This document shows, piece by piece, positions 1-10,220 of a DNA stretch of 32,000 nt; the stretch's first letter is position 1; each line of letters starts with the position of its first letter. Below the pieces are notes generated by a model. It was not told the origin of the DNA, ran no database searches, and saw nothing but the letters and a program-made list of their open reading frames with translations. The DNA lies in contig BX248583.1 in NCBI GenBank assembly GCA_000043285.1, positions 270,001 through 302,000 of the forward strand, read 5' to 3'. The position numbers were made by a program, and so were the translations under genes. This DNA comes from Candidatus Blochmanniella floridana. Lineage in GTDB: Bacteria; Pseudomonadota; Gammaproteobacteria; Enterobacterales; Enterobacteriaceae.

Positions 1-835
1 TTATCCTTATACTCGACATAATGATTGGGTAATTACTGGAGTACCTTTTGATATAGCAACTTCTGGAAGATCGGGAAGTAGATTTGGTCCAGCATCTATT
101 CGAAAAGCATCTATCAATTTGGCGTGGGAGAATTGCCGTTGGCCTTGGAATTTTGATATACGTCAAAAATTAAAAATTATTGATTGCGGAGATTTAATAT
201 ATAAATCAGGAAACGTACAAGATTTTACGAATATTTTACAAAAGCATATTGAAAATTTATTGCGTTTTAGAAAAAAAATCCTTTTATTAGGAGGAGATCA
301 TTATATTACGTTACCTGTATTACGTGCGTACTCAAAATTTTTTGGGACAATATCCATTATTCATTTTGATGCTCATGCAGATTATTACGATAATAATAAT
401 CAATACGATCATGGGGCTGTTATACTGTATGCTTTACATGAAAAGTTGATTAATCCTAATCGTTCGGTCCAAATTGGTATTCGTACTGAATATGATAAAA
501 ACTTTGGATTTACAGTATTGGATGCGGAGTATGTAAATACAACTGCTGTTCATGTTCTTATTAATCAGATTGTATCTGTTATACAAAATAGGCCGGTGTA
601 TTTAACTTTTGATATTGATTGTTTGGATCCATCAGTTGCTCCAGGTACTGGTACTCCGGTAATTGGAGGGTTAACTACATCTTGTGCATTACAAATAATA
701 CGAGGATTTCAAAAATTAAATATTATTGGTATTGATATAGTTGAAGTTGCTCCAGTTTATGACTGTGCTCAAATTACTGCATTAGCTGCTGCTACATTGG
801 GGTTAGAAATGTTATACACTCAAGTAAAGTTTTAA
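1..835 (+). CDS. speB: Agmatinase, 5' end cut by the window edge
   Basis: The frame starting at nt 2 reads [43 protein letters not shown]. This is collinear with E. coli SpeB (..[43 protein letters not shown]..). Ureohydrolase motifs GGDH, HFDAHAD and DIDCLDP are present. Stop TAA at 833-835. The ORF-track start at 119 (TTG) is internal. Confidence 0.93.
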   Translation, partial: [277 protein letters not shown]

Positions 836-1099
836 TTATTATTACAGTAGATTAATTATATGTTGAATTTTATATATAATTTTGAAGACTAATGTTGGTT
901 TGGGTACTAAATTTAATTATAAAATTTTTATTTTAATCAATTATTGTGATAAGTAATATAGATAATTATATATGATATAGTTCTGTGGTTGTATGTATAT
1001 TGAGTTATTTAATCATAAATTAATTTATGTACTAATTTTTTGAAAAATTGGTGTTATTATTTTTATTAGTTTATTTGTATAAAAACATGATTCAAGATA

Positions 1100-1127
1100 A
1101 ATTTTGACTAATGTGTTAGTCAAAATT
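1100..1127 (+). promoter_or_regulatory. 12-bp perfect palindrome 50 nt upstream of the pgk start (operator- or hairpin-like, function unknown)
   Basis: aattttgactaa (1100-1111), tgtg, ttagtcaaaatt (1116-1127), read directly from the sequence. It contains a TTGACT hexamer that could serve as a -35 element. No confident -10 element is assignable in this AT-rich context. Confidence 0.3.
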
Positions 1128-1176
1128 GAGTATAGATATGTAATTATTTTATATGTATAACATAAAGAGGTAATTT

Positions 1177-2379
1177 GTGGTTATGATTAAAATGAGTGAT
1201 GTAGATTTATTTAATAAACGTATTTTAATTCGTGCTGACTTAAATGTGCCTATCAGAAATGGAATTATTACTTCTGCTAGAAGAATTCATGCGTCATTGC
1301 CAACTATTCAGCTAGCTTTGTCTAGAAGTAATCAAGTTATGGTGACATCTCATTTAGGTAGGCCTGTAGAAGGAGAATATGACTCACAATTTTCTTTGCA
1401 ACCTGTAGTAGATTATTTTCAAAAAAATTTAAGCGCTAAAATTGGAGGTGTAAGATTAGTTAAAGATTATTTAGATGGAATTAATTGGATTTCAAATGAG
1501 TTATTGATTTTAGAAAATGTTCGATTCAATAAAGGTGAAAAAACAGATGATGAAGTATTAGCAAAAAAATATGCATCTTTATGTGATGTATTTGTAATGG
1601 ATGCTTTTGGAAGCGCTCATCGTATACAATCTTCTACTCACAATGTTAGTAAATTCGTTAAAGTAGCTTGTTCTGGTTTATTATTAGAACAGGAAATAGC
1701 AGCGTTACATAAAGCTTTGTCTAATCCTGTTAGGCCAATGGTTGCTATAGTTGGTGGATCTAAAGTTTCTAGTAAATTGATGGTCTTAGAGTCTTTATCA
1801 AAAGTAGTGGATTATTTAATAGTAGGAGGAGGTATTGCTAATACTTTTTTAGCGGCTCAAGGTCAAAATGTAGGAAAATCGCTGTATGAGGCGGAATTAA
1901 TTTCTACAGCTAAAAGTTTGTTAAAGGATTGTAATATCCCTATACCTACTGATGTTCGAGTAAGTTCAGAGTTTTCTGAAACAGCTCAATCGATTATGAA
2001 AAATGTAACTGAAATTAAAGATGATGAACAAATTTTAGATTTAGGAGATAATTCAATTATTAATATATTAAATATTTTAAATAATGCTAAAACTATTTTA
2101 TGGAATGGTCCTGTTGGAGTATTTGAGTTTCCTAATTTTAGAAAGGGTACAGAAATGGTATCAAATGCTATTGCTAATAGCAATGCTTTTTCTATTGCAG
2201 GAGGTGGTGATACTTTAATGGCCATCGATTTATTTGGTATTGCAAATCAAATATCTTATGTTTCTACTGGAGGAGGAGCCTTTTTAGAATTTATTGAAGG
2301 TAAAACTTTACCATCTATTGAAGTTTTAGAGGAACATAAAAGAATGAGAAATGGTAATTATTCTGATATTAATTACTGA
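1177..2379 (+). CDS. pgk: Phosphoglycerate kinase
   Basis: GTG start. [25 protein letters not shown] aligns with E. coli [25 protein letters not shown]. Conserved [26 protein letters not shown] and [22 protein letters not shown] lies 7-11 nt upstream. Short C-terminal extension relative to E. coli. Confidence 0.96.
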   Translation: MVMIKMSDVDLFNKRILIRADLNVPIRNGIITSARRIHASLPTIQLALSRSNQVMVTSHLGRPVEGEYDSQFSLQPVVDYFQKNLSAKIGGVRLVKDYLDGINWISNELLILENVRFNKGEKTDDEVLAKKYASLCDVFVMDAFGSAHRIQSSTHNVSKFVKVACSGLLLEQEIAALHKALSNPVRPMVAIVGGSKVSSKLMVLESLSKVVDYLIVGGGIANTFLAAQGQNVGKSLYEAELISTAKSLLKDCNIPIPTDVRVSSEFSETAQSIMKNVTEIKDDEQILDLGDNSIINILNILNNAKTILWNGPVGVFEFPNFRKGTEMVSNAIANSNAFSIAGGGDTLMAIDLFGIANQISYVSTGGGAFLEFIEGKTLPSIEVLEEHKRMRNGNYSDINY

Positions 2380-2471
2380 TATTTATAATAAGTGTTTCAC
2401 TGAAATGAAATTTATATTGATTTTATGTTATAAGTGAGTGTCTTTAATGTAAAAAATTGGAAAGATATTAA

Positions 2472-3548
2472 ATGGTTAAAATTTGTAATTTTATTAAACC
2501 TGGGGTGGTTGTTGGCGATGATGTACAGAGATTATTTAATTTAGCAAAAAAAAATAATTTTGCATTACCTGCTGTGAATTGTATTGGTATGGATTCAATT
2601 AATGCTGCTTTAGAAGCGGCTGCTAATATGAAATCTCCAATTATTTTACAATTTTCTAGACAAGGATCAGCGTTTATGGCTGGATATGGTTTAAATCACC
2701 GGAGTTGTTCTGCATCTGTTTTAGGAGCTGTCGCTGGTAGTTTATATGTACATCATATATCTAGTCATTATGGTATTCCAGTGATTTTGCATACTGATCA
2801 TTGTACAAAAAAATTCTTACCGTGGATTGATAATTTATTAGATTTAAGTGAGAAGAATTTTTATGAAACTGGACGTCCGTTATTTTCCTCTCATATGATT
2901 GATTTATCTAAAGAATCTTTAGAAGAAAATATTAAAGTTAGCTCAGTATATTTAAATAGAATGGATAAATTAAAAATGACTTTAGAAATAGAGTTAGGAT
3001 ATACTGGAGGGGAAGAAGATGGTATTAATAATGATAATGTAGATCTTTCTTTGTTATATACTACTCCAGAAGATGTAGCGTATGCTTATGAAAAATTACA
3101 TGTTATTAGCCCAAGATTTATGATTGCTGCTTCTTTTGGTAATGTGCATGGAGTATATCGACCGGGTAATGTTCATTTAGATCCTAATATTCTTCATATG
3201 ACTCAACGGTATATTTCAAAAAAGTTCGGGTTACCTAAAAATTATTTAAATCTAGTATTTCATGGAGGATCTGGTTCTACTGTAGAAGAAATTAAAGAGT
3301 CAATTGGATATGGAATAGTAAAATTAAATATTGATACTGATATACAATGGGCTACTTGGTCTGGGGTTCTAGGATATTATCAAAAAAATAAAGATTTTTT
3401 GAAAACTCAATTAGGTAATGTATATGGAGATGACCAACCAAATAAAAAATTTTATGATCCTAGATCATGGATTAGGGCAGGTCAAGAATCAATGATTAAA
3501 TATTTAGAAGAAATGTTTGTTATATTGAATGCAACTGATGTTTTATAA
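2472..3548 (+). CDS. fbaA: Fructose-bisphosphate aldolase, class II
   Basis: 358 aa, collinear with E. coli FbaA (359 aa). Conserved FALPAVNC, ILHTDHC, LFSSHMIDLS, FGNVHGVY, FHGGSGS and QPNKK.YDPR.W. Confidence 0.96.
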   Translation: MVKICNFIKPGVVVGDDVQRLFNLAKKNNFALPAVNCIGMDSINAALEAAANMKSPIILQFSRQGSAFMAGYGLNHRSCSASVLGAVAGSLYVHHISSHYGIPVILHTDHCTKKFLPWIDNLLDLSEKNFYETGRPLFSSHMIDLSKESLEENIKVSSVYLNRMDKLKMTLEIELGYTGGEEDGINNDNVDLSLLYTTPEDVAYAYEKLHVISPRFMIAASFGNVHGVYRPGNVHLDPNILHMTQRYISKKFGLPKNYLNLVFHGGSGSTVEEIKESIGYGIVKLNIDTDIQWATWSGVLGYYQKNKDFLKTQLGNVYGDDQPNKKFYDPRSWIRAGQESMIKYLEEMFVILNATDVL

Positions 3549-3564
3549 AAAAATAATTATGAGA

Positions 3565-3589
3565 TATAGCAATGGATATTATTGCTATA
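3565..3589 (+). terminator. Weak hairpin 17 nt after the fbaA stop (9-bp stem tatagcaat/attgctata, 7-nt loop)
   Basis: Inverted repeat 3565-3573 / 3581-3589 read directly from the sequence. Only 2 G:C pairs and no clear downstream T-tract, so a terminator function is speculative. Confidence 0.25.
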
Positions 3590-3800
3590 ATATAGTTGAT
3601 GGGTATAAATTTTTGTGATGATGTTGTAAATATAGTACGAATGTTGATTCTTGGAATGATAAGATAATTTTTGTTGATTTAAAAAATTTATGAAAATTAG
3701 TGTGAAGATATTGTGTAATATAAATTACATATAAATATAATATATTTAAAATTTTATGATTATATTTCATATAATAAAAATTCGTATATAAGAAAGTAAT

Positions 3801-4469
3801 ATGATATCAAAAGATAAATTAAAGAAATTAGTAGGTTGGGAAGCTTTGAAATATATTAAATCTAACACAATTATAGGAGTAGGAACTGGTTCTACTGTTA
3901 ATTATTTTATTGAAGCTTTGAGTAGTATTAAACAACAAATAGAGGGCGTAGTATCAAGTTCGCAGCATTCATCAAATCAGTTAAAAAAATTAGGTATTCC
4001 ATTATATAATTTAAATAATTTAAATGATCTTGAGATATATATTGATAGTGCAGATGAAATTGACTTGCATATGCAAATGATTAAAGGTGGAGGAGGAGCG
4101 TTAACAAAAGAGAAAATTATTGCTTTTGCTGCTAAAAAATTTATTTGTATTGTTGATGATAGTAAGCAAGTAAATATATTGGGCCGTAAGGGACCGATTC
4201 CTGTAGAAGTTATTCCTATGGCTCGTTCTGTGGTATCTAAATCATTGATTTGTTTAGGAGGGTTACCTGAATATCGTAATGGAGTTATTACAGATAATGG
4301 TAACAGTATTTTAGATGTGTACAATATGAATATAACGGATGCATCTTTATTAGAACAAAGAATTAATAATATTCCAGGAGTGGTAAGTGTTGGGCTTTTT
4401 GCTCAACGAAAAGCAGATATTGCATTAATAGGTACTCAAAAAGGAATAAAAATATTAAATAGTAATTAA
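3801..4469 (+). CDS. rpiA: Ribose-5-phosphate isomerase A
   Basis: 222 aa, collinear with E. coli RpiA (219 aa). Conserved [39 protein letters not shown] and IPGVV.VGLFA. Confidence 0.95.
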   Translation: MISKDKLKKLVGWEALKYIKSNTIIGVGTGSTVNYFIEALSSIKQQIEGVVSSSQHSSNQLKKLGIPLYNLNNLNDLEIYIDSADEIDLHMQMIKGGGGALTKEKIIAFAAKKFICIVDDSKQVNILGRKGPIPVEVIPMARSVVSKSLICLGGLPEYRNGVITDNGNSILDVYNMNITDASLLEQRINNIPGVVSVGLFAQRKADIALIGTQKGIKILNSN

Positions 4470-4606
4470 TTATATGTTTTTATATTATTATTTATATTAA
4501 TTTAGTAATTTTATTCTGCTTATAAATTATTATGTGCTGTGATATATGGTTTTTATTATGCATTTCGTTTTGTATTAAAATAATGGAATATTATAATTTT
4601 TGTATG

Positions 4607-5194
4607 TTAAGTATGCCAATGTAAATACGATGGTGTAATTATTTTAGGTAATTTTACATCCCATTTTTCCTGAGTCAGGATGGAAGTTGGTATTTTTTGA
4701 AAATCATGACCTAGACCTATATAGATACAATGTGATTTATGTTTTTGGTATTGAAGAGTTTTATCGTAAAAACCTCCTCCCATACCTAATCTGTTGCCAT
4801 GATCATCAAAAGCTACTAAAGGGATAAATATTATATCTAACTTATCTAAGGATATAAGATCAATAATATTATATTTAGGTTCATATACATTTAAATAATT
4901 TTGTATAGTAGGGGTAGATAGGGTGTATGGAGCAAATAATAAATGTTGTTGTTTATGCAATAATACTGGAATATAAATTTTTTTTTTCATTGATAATAAA
5001 AATTTAATAAGTAAATCAGTATATATTTCTCCATCAAAAGATATATATATTCCAATATGGGTTGCTTTGTGTATACAATCTAAGTTGATAATTTTATTAG
5101 TGATAAGTTGAGCAGATTTGTATTGTTCTGAATAATTTAAAGATTGTCTCAAAGAACGTATATATGATCGAATAGCTTTTTTATTTAAATTCAT
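4607..5194 (-). CDS. ygfA: 5-formyltetrahydrofolate cyclo-ligase
   Basis: 195 aa. Contains SFDGE, EPK, PLVAFD..G.RLGMGGGFYDKTLQ and the C-terminal WD..LP..ITPS pattern as in E. coli YgfA. It sits downstream of zapA, as in E. coli. Confidence 0.88.
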   Translation of the reverse strand: MNLNKKAIRSYIRSLRQSLNYSEQYKSAQLITNKIINLDCIHKATHIGIYISFDGEIYTDLLIKFLLSMKKKIYIPVLLHKQQHLLFAPYTLSTPTIQNYLNVYEPKYNIIDLISLDKLDIIFIPLVAFDDHGNRLGMGGGFYDKTLQYQKHKSHCIYIGLGHDFQKIPTSILTQEKWDVKLPKIITPSYLHWHT

Positions 5195-5288
5195 AAATAT
5201 AATTAATTATATATTGATATGTAATCATACATAAATATGATTATCATAGTATATTGTTTGTATTATAAAATATTATAAATGTTTCATG

Positions 5289-5633
5289 TTATATATCCTT
5301 AGAATATTCTAAAATAGTATGAGAACACTCAGTTATTTTATCATGTTCTTCTAAAGCTTGATTAATAGTTTTTTGTATTGTTGTCAGATGTTGTCTGATA
5401 TTAGTTGCATATTCGATTGTTTTTAGTTTTTCTTGGGTCAATTCATAACATATATTTAAAGCTGTTATAAATATTAATTGTTCAGAATTAGTTACTTTTG
5501 TTCTAATTTTTAAATTTTGTAACCTTTGAGTCAAATCTTCTACTGCTTTATTTAAATCTTTTTTTTGATGGGGAGGGCAATTTATTCTTAATGTTTTTCC
5601 GAAAATTTGAATATCTATTGGTTGTTCAGACAT
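5289..5633 (-). CDS. zapA: Cell division protein ZapA
   Basis: 114 aa. [21 protein letters not shown]...[22 protein letters not shown] aligns with E. coli [21 protein letters not shown]...[22 protein letters not shown]. Confidence 0.94.
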   Translation of the reverse strand: MSEQPIDIQIFGKTLRINCPPHQKKDLNKAVEDLTQRLQNLKIRTKVTNSEQLIFITALNICYELTQEKLKTIEYATNIRQHLTTIQKTINQALEEHDKITECSHTILEYSKDI

Positions 5634-6060
5634 ATTAACTCCAAATATTATTACTGATCATTGATTTTTGTATTAAAATAATTAAAAATATTATGTAAGA
5701 ATATACTACATAAGATCTAATTATTAAATTATTTATTTAATTAAACTATGATATGAAAAGTTATTGTCGATATTTATTATCATAACTGATTATTAGTGTG
5801 AATATTGTATGAATACAGAGTATAATAAATTTATACATATAATATCTAAATATATTTATCATACGTAAGTATATAAATACCATATTTATGGTACAGATAT
5901 CTTATACAAAATAAGGTTAATAGTAATATTCGTTAATAATTAATTATATAAATGCTTAATATATAAGGTAGAATAATTTAATTGTAAGATTTTTTATTTT
6001 TTTGAATATTTCAGTGTATTATTAGTAATAGTATTTATCACCATAATAACGAGATATTTT

Positions 6061-7245
6061 ATGTCTATTGTGATCAGTGGAGGTGGAATATTAGGTTTAA
6101 TTTTAGCATTGAAATTATTTAAATTGACTCAAGGAAATTTGTCAATTTCAATGGTTGAACAATATTTACCATATAATTGTGATTTTTCTATGTTTTTAAA
6201 AAAACCGCGTGTAATTGCATTATCAAGAGATACATATATTGAGTTGATGAAAATTGATATAAATACTGGTTTATCGACATATAGTACGGTTATCAATAGA
6301 GTAGAAATTAGTGAATATAGTAGGTCTAATGAAGTATTTATTACTGCTCAAGATTATAAATTATCTGAATTAGGTTATGTAATTGAATTACAAAAACTGA
6401 GAAGAAAATTATTTAATTGTTTGATTAAAAAGACCGATGTTTGTATATATTGTCCTGCTAAAATACAGCATATTGAACATAAACAATCTTATAGTGTTAT
6501 TCATTTAAATAACGGAAAGTATATAAATTCAAAATTAACAATAATAGCTAATGGTACTTGTGTACAATCGACTAATTATTATGGACTTCAATGTTTTCGA
6601 CAGAATTATTATCAAACAGCGATAGTTGCTGAAGTTTCTACTGAAGTTTATCATTCCGGCTGCGCTTTTGAGCGATTTACACCGTTGGGCCCAATGGTTT
6701 TATTACCTATGGCTAATAATTTAATTTTTTTAATTTGGTGTGTATCCCATCAACAATGTCAAAAAGTGTCTCAATGGAGTGAAGAACGGTTTATACAAGA
6801 ATTACAAAATAAATTTGGATGGAAGTTAGGTAAAATTTTAAATGTGGGTACAAAATATTTTTATGATCTTTGGTTAATATATTCTAAGAATCATATTTCA
6901 CATAGATTGGCTTTGGTAGGAAATGCAGCTCAAACGTTACATCCTATTGGAGGGCAAGGATTTAATTTAGGTGTGAGAGATGTGACGACCTTAGTTGAGA
7001 TAATTGGTCAAGCATTGTGTGATAATATCGATATTGGAGATTTCTCTGTTTTAAATTTGTACCAAAAAAATAGACGTTTTGATCAATATAAAACTATTTT
7101 AATTACTGATGGATTAATTCGTCTTTTTGGTAATAATTATTTTCCATTGGTTGTTGCTCGTAATTTGGGTTTATTTTTTATGGAACATTGTTCTTTTTTC
7201 AAACGTTTTTTAATAAATACAGTTTTATCTTGGAAAATAGAATAA
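6061..7245 (+). CDS. ubiH: 2-octaprenyl-6-methoxyphenol hydroxylase (FAD-dependent ubiquinone biosynthesis monooxygenase)
   Basis: 394 aa. N-terminal GxGxxG (ISGGGILG). AFERFT..GP...LPM, W.EE.F..ELQ..FGW.LGKI and LVGNAAQTLHPIGGQGFNLG.RDV match E. coli UbiH more closely than UbiI/VisC. Divergent from zapA, as in E. coli. Confidence 0.88.
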   Translation: MSIVISGGGILGLILALKLFKLTQGNLSISMVEQYLPYNCDFSMFLKKPRVIALSRDTYIELMKIDINTGLSTYSTVINRVEISEYSRSNEVFITAQDYKLSELGYVIELQKLRRKLFNCLIKKTDVCIYCPAKIQHIEHKQSYSVIHLNNGKYINSKLTIIANGTCVQSTNYYGLQCFRQNYYQTAIVAEVSTEVYHSGCAFERFTPLGPMVLLPMANNLIFLIWCVSHQQCQKVSQWSEERFIQELQNKFGWKLGKILNVGTKYFYDLWLIYSKNHISHRLALVGNAAQTLHPIGGQGFNLGVRDVTTLVEIIGQALCDNIDIGDFSVLNLYQKNRRFDQYKTILITDGLIRLFGNNYFPLVVARNLGLFFMEHCSFFKRFLINTVLSWKIE

Positions 7246-7574
7246 ATGTTATGATGTATTTAGAGTAAAATAGAACGTAATTAATAATACTTACCATTGA
7301 TTTGTAAAATTAGAAAAATTCTTTATATTTTATTGATGAATGAGCATATTGATATAAGTGTTATATTAAGAATAGTAGAATTTTAAACATATGAAGATTA
7401 TATATTTTGTCGGTATAAATCGGTAGATATTTAAGGATATAAAATAGAATATGCGTTCTGATGATGCTTTCTATAAAAATTATTAATATATATTAAAAAT
7501 ACAAATAAGATATAATTTTATATTTTCATGATTATGGTTTTTGTTTTGGTATATATTTCTGTATTGTTATTAAT

Positions 7575-7608
7575 TTTAATCTTATGTAGATTAGTACATA
7601 AGATTAAA
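7575..7608. terminator. 14-bp perfect hairpin in the convergent ubiH / ygfZ spacer (possible bidirectional terminator)
   Basis: tttaatcttatgta (7575-7588), loop gattag, tacataagattaaa (7595-7608), a perfect inverted repeat read from the sequence. It lies between two convergently transcribed genes. Confidence 0.4.
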
Positions 7609-7748
7609 TATTGTTGTGATATTTTTTGATTTTTTAAATAGTTTTAATAAAATGAATAATGTATTTAATAATTTTAAATAATAATTAATATATTATTATG
7701 TTGATAGTATGTATATTTAAAAATTGTTTATATTAATTGTAATGATAA

Positions 7749-8759
7749 TTATTTTTCAAGTATTTTTAGATTTATATTGGAATAAATAAGTTCGTTATGT
7801 TGAAAGTATACTTCTGTTTCTTTTATAAAAGATTTATTTAATATGGCTTGTATACATATATTGCCTTCTTGCATTTGACAAGATTGTAATACAGTTCCAA
7901 TATGCTTCCATATTTGATTGTTTTTTTGTCGTAATACTATGTGATCACCAGATACGGGTAGTTGATTATGTTGATTGTGATATGTATTGCTTGTTAATTG
8001 ATATAAAGATTGTTTATTAAGTTTATAATGTTGTATACGAGCAACCAATTCTTGTCCTATATAACACCCTTTATTAAAACTAATTCCTTGTAATATGTCC
8101 ATATTAGCAGCTTGTGGAAAAAATAATTCACTTGTTGCGAAATCAATATATGGATATCCTGCTTCGATATCTAAAGCTGTCCATTGATGATAGCTATTAT
8201 AATATATTGGAAAGGATTGCGTTTTATTTAATAAAAAATCTAGTATTGTTTGATCATAAATAATCAGTAAAAATCGATCTATCGGTAGTTTAAAATGGAG
8301 TAAGGTAATTCCTGGATAATGTATAACCATATTTTTTGTATCAGGTAATGTTGTGAAAAAGGTATTTAAATATTTTTTAACATATAATCCAGATGCTCCA
8401 ATTAGTGTGACATTATAATCTGGTGTGATTGTGACATTGGAAAATGTTGCATATTTTTGCATAATTGATATTTGTTTGTGATGTATGTTTAGAGGTTCAA
8501 TAAATGCTATTTTTTGATTATTAATATAAAAAACGTACATATTGCTAATCATTCTGCCATTAAAATTGCAATGTGCTGCAAAGCTGTACTGATTTTTATT
8601 TAAATTTTTAATATCACAAGTAAATTGATTATGTAAGTATTGTATAATATCGGTTCCTTGTAATTTTATTAAGATCCAATTTTTTAGAAACATAAGAGTG
8701 AGTGGTAATACTGAAGAGTGTACAATTGGTTGTTTTATAAAATTAGTTTTAGATAACAT
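7749..8759 (-). CDS. ygfZ: tRNA-modifying / folate-binding protein YgfZ
   Basis: 336 aa. LPLTLM, AAHCN..G.M, QW.ALDIEAG.P and the KGCYIGQE motif, collinear with E. coli YgfZ (326 aa). Confidence 0.9.
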
Positions 8760-9025
8760 TTTTGTTCCTGATTATATGAGTAATATTTATTATCATATTT
8801 TATTAATATTCATTAACAATATTTAATATATGATATCAATATCACGATCTATTTTAGAATTATGTATTATAATGTATTGAATTAAATTTTATATTTAAAT
8901 ATTGTGAATATTAGTAGAGTAATTCAGTATTCAATTTAATGTATTATATAAGTATTATTATATTTTATATTTTTATATTCTACATAATGGTATTTTATTT
9001 GATACATTGATTTTTTGTGAGGGAT

Positions 9026-10145
9026 ATGATGGTTATGATTAAAATATATGAGATTCAACAAAAAATTGATTGTTTATTTAGCAGAATATATGTATTTAAG
9101 GATAGTTTTTGACTGTAATGTTCAAAAAGAATTGTTAAAAAAAATAATAGTTAAATTAAAGTCTGTTGATATTTGGAGCAGTTTAAGTCATAACATGACT
9201 GCAGATGGTCAGTGTAATTCTTTTGAGAATATAGGCGAGTTAGTTAACTATATGGTCAAAGATTTACAAGATTTAAGCGATTTAATTAAAATTGTAGTAC
9301 ATAACGATAGTTTATTAATTAATGAAATTCAAGAACAATTGATTCATATAGATCGGATATTATTTCAATTAGAAATGTGCCAGATGTTTTCTAAAAAATA
9401 TGATGATTGTAATTGTTATGTAGATATTCAATCAGGATCTGGAGGAACGGAAGCGCAAGATTGGGCTAATATGTTGTTGCGTATGTATTTAAAATGGATA
9501 GATAATAAAGGATTTAATGTTGAGATTGTTACGGAGTCATGTGGAGATTTTTCAGGGATAAAATCTACTACTATTAAAGTAATAGGTCCATATGTTTATG
9601 GTTGGTTACGAACAGAATCTGGAATACATAGATTAGTTCGTAAAAGTCCATTTGACGCTACTGGTAAACGGCATACGTCTTTTGCGTCAGTGTTTGTTTA
9701 TCCAGAGTTAGATGATAATATTGATATTCAAATTCGACCAGAGGATTTACGTATTGATGTATATCGAGCATCTGGGGCAGGAGGTCAACATGTTAATCGT
9801 ACTGAATCTGCTGTACGTATTACACATATTCCAACAAATATTGTTACTCAATGTCAAAGTGATCGATCTCAGCATAAAAATAAAAATCAAGCAATCAAAC
9901 AATTAAAGGCTAAATTATATAACTTTGAGCTTCATAAAAAAAGAATTGAAAAAAAGATACGAGAAAATAAAAAGAAGGATATTACTTGGGGTAATCAAAT
10001 ACGATCTTATGTTTTAGATCATTCTAGAATTAAGGATTTAAGAACCGGCTTAGAAAAACATAATGTTAAAGCTGTGTTAAATGGTGATTTAGATGATTTT
10101 ATAAAAACAAGTATAAAAGTTTTAGATCAGAATAATGATGATTAA
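9026..10145 (+). CDS. prfB: Peptide chain release factor 2, requiring a programmed +1 ribosomal frameshift at 9107-9112
   Basis: The 0 frame from ATG 9026 (in-frame alternatives 9029 and 9035) reads MMVMIKIYEIQQKIDCLFSRIYVFKDSF and then TGA at 9110-9112. The +1 frame continues at GAC 9111 as DCNVQKELL..., matching E. coli ..LRGYL*DYDAKKERL. Downstream are the SPF (RKSPFD) and GGQ (GAGGQHVN) motifs. ATG 9035 gives exactly 25 codons before the stop, as in E. coli. The first 21 residues of the ORF-track entry (9048-9110) are an out-of-frame read-in. Confidence 0.95.
9098..9113 (+). other. prfB autoregulatory +1 frameshift cassette: internal SD-like AAGGA, 3-nt spacer, UUU UGA C
   Basis: Sequence aaggatagtttttgac. 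E. coli has AGGGGGUAUCUUUGAC with the same SD-to-slip-codon spacing and the same UGA-C stop context. Confidence 0.85.
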
Positions 10146-10220
10146 GAATAATAAATATAAAATTATGTATGTTTAGAATTAAATATTTATAGTGGTGATG
10201 AATTGAGGATACGTTAAAAA

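Noticed and set aside
1986-2225. Antisense or alternative-frame ORFs nested in real genes: 1986-2225(-), 3977-4324(-), 9712-9906(+), 17966-18148(-), 24080-24289(+), 24724-24975(+), 24836-25027(+) and 27535-27765(-).
   Set aside because: Each lies wholly or largely inside a strongly conserved housekeeping CDS on the other strand or frame. They have no homology I can recognise and no translation signals. They are typical shadow ORFs.
3585-3770. A 61-aa ORF on the - strand in the fbaA-rpiA spacer.
   Set aside because: It is a low-complexity, AT-driven composition (Ile/Tyr/Lys/Asn/Phe rich) with no SD and no recognisable domain. An ORF of this length is expected by chance in stop-poor frames of AT-rich spacer.
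5195-5288. 6S RNA (ssrS), which lies between zapA and ygfA in E. coli.
   Set aside because: The spacer is only 94 nt, against about 180 nt for 6S RNA. It is almost pure A/T and shows no resemblance to the G/C-rich closing stems of 6S. It contains only an 8-bp hairpin (5222-5229 / 5236-5243). ssrS appears to be lost or relocated.
9048-9110. The N-terminal 21 residues of the ORF-track prfB entry (MRFNKKLIVYLAEYMYLRIVF).
   Set aside because: These residues are not RF2-like. They are the +1 frame read upstream of the programmed frameshift site. The genuine N-terminus is in the 0 frame, starting at 9026, 9029 or 9035.
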